Source: Neophaeotheca triangularis
Lineage: Eukaryota
NCBI GenBank assembly: GCA_054600435.1
Contig: BAAIJX010000014.1
Span: 186,001 to 250,000 of the forward strand
DNA: 64,000 bases
Direction of reading: 5' to 3'
Shown here: positions 38,659-48,874 of the stretch, one piece after another
Layout: each line of letters begins with the position of its first letter
Position numbering within the stretch: the first letter of the stretch is position 1
Made by a program: the position numbers and the translations under genes
Notes under the pieces: generated by a model
What the model saw: the letters and a program-made list of their open reading frames with translations, nothing else
Told to the model about the DNA's origin: nothing
Database searches by the model: none

Positions 38659-39462
38659 TCATTCGACATCGAATTCGACGCTCCCGAACCCCTCGAAGAT
38701 ACCACTCCAGTGCCCCTGCTCCTCCATGGGTATAGCCTCAAGGCAGCTACCTGGAAGAATGAGCTGGCCGGCTTCAAACTCCAAGCCATAGGCCGCGAGA
38801 CGGTTGGCCAGCCATGCAATGCCATTGACTGGGTTGCCAAGGATGGCATTGGTGTTACCAGACATTCTTTCAACGCCATTGAACTTCAGGCTGCCTCTGC
38901 AATCATTGAGTGCGAGCTCGGTGAGCTTTCTAGGGACGGCGCCGAGGATGACGGAACCGCAAGAGCCGTTGTCCGCCAGGGTGTCGGAGTGGTTGATCTC
39001 CCAGTTGGTCACGCGGGAGTCGATGATTTCGATGGCAGGCAAGATGTAGTCGATGGCGTTGATAACATCGATGACGGTCACCCCAGGTCCGCGTAAAGGG
39101 GCTTTTAACACCACCGCTGGCTCCAGTTCCACATAAGGCCGGATGTATTTGCTCCTCTTGAGCGGCGTACCTTCGTAAATGAGGCTGCTGCTGACAAGGA
39201 AGCCGTAGTCGGGCTCGTCGACGCCAAAGGCGGCTTGCATGGCTTTGGCGATGTTGCCCAGTTTGTACCTCACAAGGCGATCGCCATTCTTCACTGCGTT
39301 ACGAGTAGTGATGCGCTGCACTTCGAAGGCACTGTCGGTGTCCAAGGGTGGCCATGTTCGAGATGGCGGTGCCATCGGCTTATTGTCGTTCTTGGCTGTG
39401 TGCAGCGCAGCTGCGATGTCCCGTAACTCGAAAGGGTCCATTTTGCCCCTGAAGTCATTCAT
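38659..39462 (-). CDS. 2-oxo-acid hydratase/decarboxylase of the MhpD/HpcG(HpaH)/DmpH family (FAH superfamily), intronless
   Basis: YKLG...AMQAAFGVDEPDYGFL, VELEPAVVLKAPLRGPGVT, PAIEIIDSR, DTLADNGS, ILGNPVNGIAWLANRL, GQLILPGS. The start is MNDF at 39462 or MDPF at 39441. Confidence 0.88.
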   Translation of the reverse strand: MNDFRGKMDPFELRDIAAALHTAKNDNKPMAPPSRTWPPLDTDSAFEVQRITTRNAVKNGDRLVRYKLGNIAKAMQAAFGVDEPDYGFLVSSSLIYEGTPLKRSKYIRPYVELEPAVVLKAPLRGPGVTVIDVINAIDYILPAIEIIDSRVTNWEINHSDTLADNGSCGSVILGAVPRKLTELALNDCRGSLKFNGVERMSGNTNAILGNPVNGIAWLANRLAAYGLEFEAGQLILPGSCLEAIPMEEQGHWSGIFEGFGSVEFDVE

Positions 39463-40175
39463 GTTACTGTCTAAGTAGGAGGGTCCTGATCGCAGACGCT
39501 GTAAATCGGAACGTAAGACGTATCGTTCCTTGTGTAGGAGCGAACCCTTAGAAGAACCGAAGGTTTTGTGGGAGGGGCATCGTTCGAGGGCGCTACGGGA
39601 GAACCACAATGGGAACAGGAGTGTCAGCTATGGGGGATCTAAGAAGTTTCGACACCGCATCTTGTAGATGAATGCTAGTCTGAGCCTCATGAAACGTGCC
39701 AACTACATCGGGCCATTTACAAAGGACAGCACGATTGGGACGCGGGCACGTGTCGAAAACGTTGGACAAAACATCTGAGCATCCCCCCGTCTTGCTGGAA
39801 TAGTCCAAGAACTGTAGTTGCAGCCTAAAATGGCATGAACGAAACCGACTGCGTGCGTTCAGTATCGACGGTGCAGCATTGAACAACCGATCGATGTATT
39901 ACCGGATTCGGTAATTTGCAGCGAGTGCAGTACAATGCTCACCCCTCACAGCACCCTCCTGGACAATCAACGTATTCTCGATGCGGGATATATTCAAAGC
40001 TAGCGTTGGGTGACAACACGCGTGTTCTCGGGCTCCGATATGTCAAATAAAACTGGCCGACGCCATCGCTCGTCAAGTCGTAAACCTCATCCGCAACTAC
40101 TTTTCCCTTCGAGCTCCCTCATTCTGTTTGCGATTCCCCACCGCTGGACAAAGCTCTACGACTATATCAAACAGA

Positions 40176-41724
40176 ATGCCTTCTGAATTCGCTTCGACTC
40201 TGAAAGATCCAAATCTTTTCCAAGATAAATGCTACATTAACGGGCAATGGGTTTCCTCCTTCTCTAGCAAGAGCTTCGAAGTTCACAATCCAGCAACCGA
40301 TGACTTAATCGGCTCATGTCCCGAGGCGACGGTCGATGACATGGAACACGCGATCAAATCGGCCTCGATGGCGTTTCCAGCTTGGAAAGCTGTCTCCGGT
40401 CGCGCGCGAGGCCGCATCCTACGCAGAGTCTTCGACCTTCTTTGCGAAAACAAAGAGGACATTGGCAAAATCATTACCTCGGAGAATGGCAAGTCGATGG
40501 GTGATGGTCAAGGCGAAGTTCTGTTCGCCGCGGGATTTTTCGAATGGTTTGGTGAGGAGGCCGCTCGGGTATATGGCGACATCGCTCCACACAGTAATGC
40601 TTCAAGCCGGACGCGCATCCAAAAGGAACCCGTCGGTGTTTGTGGCCTAATCACCCCTTGGAACTTTCCTATCGCCATGGGTGCGCGCAAGATCGCCGCA
40701 GCGCTCGCAGCGGGCTGCACTGTAGTCCTCAAGTCCGATGGCTTGACCCCCTACGCTTCCAACGCACTCGTGGTGCTGTGCGAGCGCGCTGGCGTACCCA
40801 AAGGCGTTCTCAACGTCGTCACAGCTCTCGACAACACGCCCCAACTTGGCCTGACCATGTGCCAATCTGACACCGTCAGAAAGATCTCCTTCACCGGCTC
40901 GACGCGTGTGGGTAAGCTGCTCATGCAACAGTCGAGCTCCTCACTCAAGAAGCTGAGCTTGGAACTTGGCGGCAACGCACCTTTCATCGTCTTTGACGAC
41001 GCAGACGTCGAAGTCGCCGTCACAGCCGCTCTTGGCAGCAAGTTCAAAGTCACCGGCCAGACGTGTGTCTGCGCCAATCGCATCTTCGTCCAGGAAGGCA
41101 TTTACGATTCTTTCAGCCGACGACTCGTCGAGGAAGTGAAGAAGTTCAAAGTCGGCAACGGCTCTGATACTTCCGTCACCCATGGACCTCTGACCAACGG
41201 CGCCGCAAAGGTCGAGCAACACATCAAAGACGCGAAGAGCAAGAACGCCAGAGTTTTGCTGGGCGGGCAGAAGCTCCCTGCGCTGGGTAGGAACTACCAC
41301 GAACTCACCATCCTCGGCGACGTCGATGATTCAATGATGGTGAACAGCGAGGAGACCTTTGGACCTATTGCAGCTCTCAGCAAGTTCAAAACGGAAGACG
41401 AGGTCGTCAAGCGAGCCAACAGCGCCGAAGTTGGTCTCGCGTCGTATCTGATGACAACCGACTTGGGTAGGTCCCATCGTGTCTCTGAAGCCTTGGAGGC
41501 CGGGATGGTTGCTATCAACACGGGTGTCATTTCTGATCCCGCCGCACCGTAAGTGTACTGCCGGAAAGTGTTTAGCTACACATGAGATTGCTGACTTTGT
41601 ATCTGCTTCCAGGTTCGGAGGTGTGAAGCACTCGGGCTTCGGTCGTGAGGGCAGCAAATACGGTTTAGACGATTACATGGTGTTGAAAACTGTCATCACA
41701 GGCGAGATTAGCTCGCGGCTGTAG
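40176..41724 (+). CDS. Succinate-semialdehyde dehydrogenase-like ALDH (GabD/Uga2 family) with PTS1 (-SRL), 2 exons
   Basis: [35 protein letters not shown] (catalytic Cys), [20 protein letters not shown]. Intron 41549-41612. Ends EISSRL. Confidence 0.92.
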
Positions 41725-42271
41725 TTGAGTTAGGGAACAGTTGTACATGTCAGACTTTTGAAAAATTGTCTCGTTACATCCCGTCTGTTACAGAGGAATA
41801 CATGCATGCCTGAGGCAGGCATTGATCTTGGCGCATCGACACCTTCCTTTCACCTCCACTGCCTATTAAGGTTGCTACTAACCTTCAGCTCCTACATTGA
41901 TGCTTAACAGTAACGCCATTCAACAAAGGCCAAGGCCTTGTAAGATCTTTTTGTGACATGATCTCTCCAACCGAAACTGGTCTGCAAGTCGTGATTGGCC
42001 GACGATAATGGAACTGTTTGACTGTTGCCAATAATGATAATGTCACGCTCTTGCAGCAAACCGCGCACTGTCTTTCCCGATATGGAAATATTCTTGGAGT
42101 CGACATGTCGGCCAATTATTATACTACCGATAAGTACCCAAGAAGCCGACCTAGATATAAGCTAGTAAGGTATCGACGAAGGGGTGCTCGAGTTCTTTTG
42201 CCCCCTCCCCCTCCTTTGCAATTCAAAAGCTGAAGCCTTACGACACGCTGATACCATTTCCAGCAACAATA

Positions 42272-43767
42272 ATGTTCGATGTCATAATAGTTGGTGCTGG
42301 GCTGAGTGGCCTTCAAGCCGCCTGGTCAGCCAAACAAGCTGGTCTTTCCACCATTGTCGTTGAGGCCAGAAACAGAGTCGGAGGCAAAGTCTGGAGTGAA
42401 CCTACGCTGGGAGGCCTTGGAAAGGCGGACTTGGGAGCTGCTTGGGTTAACACAAATCACCAGCCTAGGATTGCCGCTTACTTGAGGCAATTTGGGCTTG
42501 AGACGGTCGAGCAGCGGCTCACAGGGACCGCCGTCGTGCAAGTCAAGAAGGGCGAGAGGGAGGAGTTCCCGTTTGGCATTACGCCGAATGTGAGTTAGAA
42601 GAAGGGGCTTTGTAAGAGAAGATGTTGTCCGCTAATGATATAACCTCAAGTTCACGCCTGACGAGAAGCGGAATCTCGAATTCATCCGCGACCACATCGA
42701 GGCCGAGTCTCAATCACCAGGCCCGCCGAAGCAAGAGGATGACCAGGTGACTCTCGATCAATATGTACGCAAGCTCGGTGCAACTGCGCAGACGGCTCAG
42801 ATGGTGAATATCTGGTCGCGTGTTATGCATGGCGTCGAGTCCACGGAGCAGTCTGCGGCGTGGTTCATCGACTATTGCAGGCGCAACAAAGGCTTGTTGG
42901 CGATCCGAAAAGATGATCCTGACGGGGGAAACTACCAGAGACTCTTCGCTGGTAAGATGACGCGCACAAAAAATTGGTCGGGCGGCTTTAGTAATCTTCT
43001 GTGCAGGCACCCAATCCATTGCTGAAGGTGTTGCCGATCTACTCGGCCGCGAAAACATACGACTCGGTTCTCCAGTAGCATCGATTGCAAACGACAAGAA
43101 CCATGTCACGGTGACGACAAACAACGGCGATGTCTTTTCCGCCAGGAAGTGCATCATCTCCATGCCAAGTACTATGTTGAAAGATCTGAACTTCTCTCCA
43201 CCGCTACCACAACGCCTACGAGAAGTCACGAATTCTACGATTCTCGGTCACTACAACAAATCAATACTAATCTATCGCAAACCCTGGTGGAGAGAAGCTG
43301 GCTACAATGGCTTCGTCATGAGCTTCGACAGCCCCGTGTGCTTGGGCCGGGACACCAGCATTGACGACAAGGGCCTATACATGCTCACTTGTTTCGTCAA
43401 CGGTGCGAACGGAGAAGCCTGGTCAAAGTTGTACCCCCATCAGCGCCGCAAGTCAGTCATCGACCAGGTGGCCTTTCTCTACGGTCAAGGACCAGACTCG
43501 GAAGTCTACCGCCCAGTCGAGGTCTTTGACCAGATTTGGAAGCATGAGAAGTACAGTCAAGGTGCTTTGGCGCCTATCCATGCGCTGGGTCACTATACCG
43601 GGTACGCAGATGTCTATGGTAAGCCCACAGGGAATGTGCACTTTGTGGGGACTGAGTACTCCCCTGAGTGGAAGGGCTACATGGAAGGTGCATTGTGTTC
43701 TGGGGAGATTGGGGCCGGAGAAGTCGCTGAAAGCCTTCGAAACAACTCCGCAAGGGCCAAATTGTGA
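42272..43767 (+). CDS. Flavin-containing amine oxidase (MAO/putrescine oxidase family) with PTS1 (-AKL), 3 exons
   Basis: DVIIVGAGLSGL, EARNRVGGK, DLGAAWVN, HFVGTE...WKGYMEGAL. Introns are 42590-42650 and 42952-43006. Ends SARAKL. Confidence 0.92.
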
Positions 43768-44468
43768 GTCGGCTCTATACAAAACATAAAAATGTTCCTT
43801 TTTCTCTTGATCTCTCGTTCTTTCGATATTCCCTATTCCAGCGATTTCCGGTACATAAATAGCAGTGGGGCGAAAGGAAGAGCAATACCCATTCCCAGAT
43901 GCTATCCTACATCTGTGCTCGATACGGGAGCTTACTAGACGACATGGAATCGTAGATTGCAGTTCCGTCGTTTTCTCAGTCGCAAGGCTAAACCTTTGAG
44001 GCCCTGGAGATGCAATTCTGCCCGATTTCCCGATCCGGCAACATTGTGCGAATGTACCTCCTAGCGACTCTCAGGGGCCAAACGAAGGCCCTTCCTTCAC
44101 AATTGCACTCGCCAAGTAAAACAAATTGGAATCGACAATTGTGGGCATTCCAAACACTACTGATGCATTGCCTTTCATGGAAATCTGCTCGAGCGACCAG
44201 ACGTGAGCTGTTTCGAGCCATTTGAGATTCCATGTCTCTTTCAGTCCAAAATAAGCTCGACAGGAGCCCGGGTCTACAATGTGTGCTGGGCCTACCAGAA
44301 TTCGAGGATCAATTAGTGCATTGCAGCATCTCGAGCGATCCTTAAGTCTAAGCAAATTGACAACTGAATCACATTTCCGTTACGTCTTTTGCTAGGTTAC
44401 TCGTTGACATCCGGTACAGAATGCCTTCTGCGGAACCCGGGTCGAAACGCAACCTTGATCATAACATC

Positions 44469-45424
44469 ATGGGTAGCTCTACTATTGAAATGCCAGAATC
44501 AGATTACGAGAAGCGTCGCCTCGATGCCCGGAGTCTTTCGCATCCTGCCTATTACCAAGCCCATCCGGTACAGAAACGTCTTCAACGAAAACGAGGAGGA
44601 GGACGCACGCTGACTTGTCATATCCAGGCACCGATGGCTATGGGCGGCTTCGCGACAACGCTCCTAACCGTCTCACTCGCCATGATGGAGTTTCGAGGCG
44701 TTCACGTCCAGACCGTCTTCGTCGGAAACCTCTGCTTTGTAGCGGGAATCGGCCTATTGATTTCTGCGCAGTGGGAAATGGCCAGGGGCAACACCTTCTC
44801 CTATACGGTTCTCCAGTCTTTTGGTACCAAGTCACCGGTTCCATTTAATTACAAGGAAGATTGTGGCTGATGTGCTACAAAGGTCTGTTCTACAGCGGCT
44901 ACGGCGCGATTATGATTCCTGTCCTGGGAATCGCTGATGCATACGGTGGAGATGATACACCCGAATACTACAATGCCATGGGTTTCTTCGTTCTGAGCAA
45001 GTCGCAATACCATGCCAAGGTCGTTGCGCGGCCATACTTTACTAACAACACCGATAGTCTGGGCCGTCCTGAACATCTTCTTCCTGATCGCTTCCATGCC
45101 ATTGTAAGCTTCCGACCAGATCGAACCCCAGTCCAGCGCAATACAGCTAACTAGTCAACTACTAGTAACATCGTCTACATCCTCATCTTCACAACGGTCG
45201 AGCTCTGCTTCGCCCTTGATGCCAGCTCATACTTCGCCCGCGCTGACGGCAAAATCGCGACTTCAGATGCCCTAATGAAGTCGGCCGGGGTTTTTGGCTT
45301 CATCTCGGGACTCTTGGGCTACTATACGACTCTGCACTACTTGTGCTCGCATGCATTGCCTTTCAGGGTTCCGATGGGAGATACTTCCAAGTACTTTGCA
45401 AGAATGAAGCATGGCAGGTTGTGA
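44469..45424 (+). CDS. GPR1/FUN34/YaaH (AceTr/Ato) family transporter, 5 exons
   Basis: Spliced HPAPMAMGGFATTLL...QWEMARGNTFSYTV..FGLFY..YG...YNAMGFFVLIWAVLN. Introns are 44568-44627, 44824-44882, 44997-45057 (GC-AG) and approximately 45104-45165. The stop TGA is at 45422-45424. Confidence 0.88.
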
Positions 45425-46047
45425 GTCAGGCAAGAGGAATCGTCGTTGGTTGTACCTAGGGAGCGGGTAAGGCGCGACCCTGGTGCAGAGGGATCGGAGA
45501 CGATGGAGATTTACATAGAGATACTGTACAGCTAAGGGCTAAAGCTATGCTCTTCTCCCGGCGGTTAAGATCGAGAGGAACAGCGCGCTGGATTAAGGAT
45601 CAGGTCTCCGCAACCGTTAAAACCTCTTCTACATTTGGGATGCACTAGTGGCGGTCGTATTGAATCACTGCGAGCTGATGAAGAGCTGCGTGGAAGGCCG
45701 AAGCTTTTGTCCATATTTCTTTCCAAGAAGCCGGTTGATAAATGAGACGATTGAGCATAGGTCAAGTTTTGCAGGGTAGGAGTTCTGATCGTTAGTCATG
45801 AAGCGGTAGACGAAATCACGATCCGCTCGCCTCAAGGAGTCAAGGTCGACTCGCTACGGGGACTGCGGAAGACCTCTCTTCTAGGGAGCTGTGATGTCCA
45901 GACGAAAGTAGCTGACTTGAAATTAGTTTCAAGGTTGGAGGCGATCAACAAAGTGCGAAGCTAGTCTCAGAAAGAGTTGATCATACTATTTATCTACGAA
46001 TTGACCTCAAAAATCGCATCATTCGCATGTCTCAGACTCTTACAGTC

Positions 46048-46356
46048 TCACGACGAATGCGAATTGTCGGCGCAAGACCAAGCAGAGCTGCCATTCTCGC
46101 CGCTGTACTCATTCACAATCCCGACAATCGCTCCATAAGATCCAGCAACCATGCAGAAAGTCCCTATGAAGATGACGAACACACTCCAGCCCACCATGCG
46201 AGTCACGTCACCTCGCAAGGCCGTGATATCCCTAGCAGCCCCAGTAGGCACGCGGTCGATATGCTCGATCTTGGTATCATGCTTATTCGTTTCGGGATCG
46301 TTTGAAAGCGAGTCGCGAATGGAGGACCGAGAATGGAGTTGGGAAGAAGACGCCAT
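46048..46356 (-). pseudogene. Internally deleted relic of an Mtr-type (Aa_trans) amino-acid permease
   Basis: A 102-aa ORF with a hydrophilic N-terminal tail joined directly to WSVFVIFIGTFCMVAGSYGAIVGIVNEY...SAWSCADNS, the last TM and SCADNS terminus typical of fungal Mtr-like permeases (normally about 11 TM). Confidence 0.7.
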
Positions 46357-47083
46357 AGCGATGTAGGGAAAAGGAGCGGCACGTTCGGCAAAAGAGTGTG
46401 CTGAGGGCTCGCGCGACGGCGTTGGAGGTTATCCCAAGCTGTTGAAAGGCTGCCCGGGCATTCAGCTACACCGAACAGCTCTTCAACACAGCCAGAGAAG
46501 ACATGTCTTGTTCGAATGAGGCAACCAAGCCATTTGCGTCTATCTGGGGACATTGCTGTCCTCAAGCCAAGTCAATATGTTCCTGATCTCGAAAGCGTGG
46601 GCCTCAGGATATTGCCAATTTGATCGACCACGCGCTCGCAGAAGTTGACCCGAATAAGTAATTTTGGACTCCAGCTGTTCTCCGCGCTGTGCAGCTCACC
46701 ACGCAGTGAAAGACCTATTAACCCAGAATATTCAGTCAATTCGACCTGTGTCCAAACCAAGTAGGTGCTGGATGAGGTAAATCATCATTTCCGAATCTGG
46801 CAAATAACTCATCGCTTCACCCAACTGAATTGAGCAACATCTTGACCAGCTCACATGTCTGCAATATTAACGCTTCGTATGCGGCTGCAACTTCCTAAAC
46901 AATACCTCATGTGCGCAAAGATCTCTGGAATGGTATAAGAAAGCTCCGCCAAAGTAGTGTGTCGTCTAGTCCTTAGGCCCATCAGAAACACTTATCAATT
47001 CTTTCAAGACCACTGCAGCCGCCCAACATCACTAGTACCTTGTTACCAAGTTCAACACACCTTACGACAGTCTACCTACCAAC

Positions 47084-48194
47084 ATGGGCGCTCTTACTCA
47101 GGTGCTGAGCGCGCAGGACGTGTCCAAGAACGTAATGAGACCCAATCACAAATTCACCAACCTTCCAGAGTCCCTTGTCAAAGAAGCAGGCATGGTCGAA
47201 ACCAGAGACTTCAATGCCGTCGAGCACATCAAGTACGAGGCACCATCGAAGATTTTCACTACTCACGAGCTCGGCTTGGGAGAGATCGGAATCTCCAATA
47301 CCGCAGTCTCAGAACCGTTCTCGCTGTTCTCCGAGGACGCCATCAAGCAGATGAGGCGCGAGGTCTTCAATCCAGAGGTGCTGGATCGTTTTCACTGCCA
47401 AACGGGGCCCTCATCCGGACAAGTGCGCGGTCACTGCCCCGAGTAAGTCAACTTGAACGCCAGTTTCACTCCGCAATCCACCATTTTTGACACTGCATCG
47501 CTCTAGATACGCGCCTTTCATATACAACGCCTGGAACAGCCCCGAACTCTTGAAGATCGTCTCGGATATCGCGGGGGTCGATCTCGTGCCCGCAATGCCC
47601 TACGACATGGGCCACACAAACATATCCATCAACTCCACGGGCGGCGAAGAGAAAGACTCAATCGCGCCGGGCGAGCAAACCGCAACCAACTCGTCCGGGT
47701 ACTGCGAATCCGCCTTCGGTTGGCACACGGACAGCTACCCCTTCGTGGTGGTCACTATGCTCTCCGACTGCGAGGGCATGGTAGGAGGCGAGACGGCTAT
47801 CCGCACAGGCAACGGTACGCCGATGAAAGCCCGCGGGCCCAGGTTGGGCACTGCCGTCGTGATGCAAGGCCAATACGTGCAGCATGCAGCGACGCCAGCA
47901 GTGAGCGGCCGCGAGCGCATTTCCATGGTCACCAGCTTCAGGCCCAAAAGCGCAACCATCAAGGACGGCACCATTCTGCGCGGTGTGCGCAACATCAGCA
48001 ATCTCGAGACGCTCTACAGGCAGTTCAGCGAGTATCGTTTGGAGAACCTGGAGGATCGTGTGCGAGACGAGCTGCGCCTCTTGCACAAGAATCATACGGC
48101 GAAGCGCAAGTTTGATACTGCACAGCTTCGGGAATGGCTTTTCGAGCAGAGGGAGTACATCGATCACATGCTGAGGGAAGTGCGAGCGGACTAG
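47084..48194 (+). CDS. Uncharacterised Fe(II)/2-oxoglutarate-dependent oxygenase, 2 exons
   Basis: GWHTDSYPF (HxD), GGET, QGQYVQHAA (distal His), RISMVTS (2OG-binding Arg). Intron 47443-47506. Confidence 0.75.
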
Positions 48195-48874
48195 ACCTTT
48201 CCGTTTTCGTATGATATTATCGCTCCGCATTGGATGCCTTTAGGCTTTTCGGATTGGCTGTTGGTCTTTTATTAACTAAGTCAAATCAACGAGATTCTTT
48301 GTTCGGTCTTAGCGTCTTCCCAGCGCCTTCCCAATCTAGTAATTAATAATGATGGAGTTTGGATACATACTTTGTCGAATGTTGCAACCTGTCTCTCGAA
48401 CAAGACGTATATTTTTCCCATTATTTCATATGCTTTCGTTTCACTCGCTCACTCCGAAGCTGCTGTGTGGGTAAAGACATGGTTGATGAGAACTTGAGAA
48501 CTTGAGTCTGAGAAGCCCACGAGTCCTTCAAGCATTTCCAAGACTTCTGCGACCAGCGTGGCGATACTCCGCGGGAGCTGATAGACAGTCCAGGAAAAGC
48601 ACCGAATCGCGTTTGTCCTTGCATACCCAAACGCTAGCAGTAGAGCCGCCGTCCGGCCGTAGAAATGCAGTGCGATCTTACCCTCGAGTGTTGAGATTAC
48701 ATGTGTGCTCTGGAGGGTACGGAGGCGGCAACTTCGCTTCTTCTAAGATCTTCAGTCAAGATAGCTGATGTGTTCTTCCTCTCAGTAGTGGAAAGCCTGG
48801 ACCGAGCTCTGGTCTTTACACTCACTGATACGTTTCTTCTAAGGGATGGCATCTCGCAATAAGTGCTGTTCTCG

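Noticed and set aside
45413..45424. C-terminal -GRL of the Ato transporter as a third PTS1
   Set aside because: Non-canonical tripeptide, and polytopic membrane proteins are not imported via PTS1.
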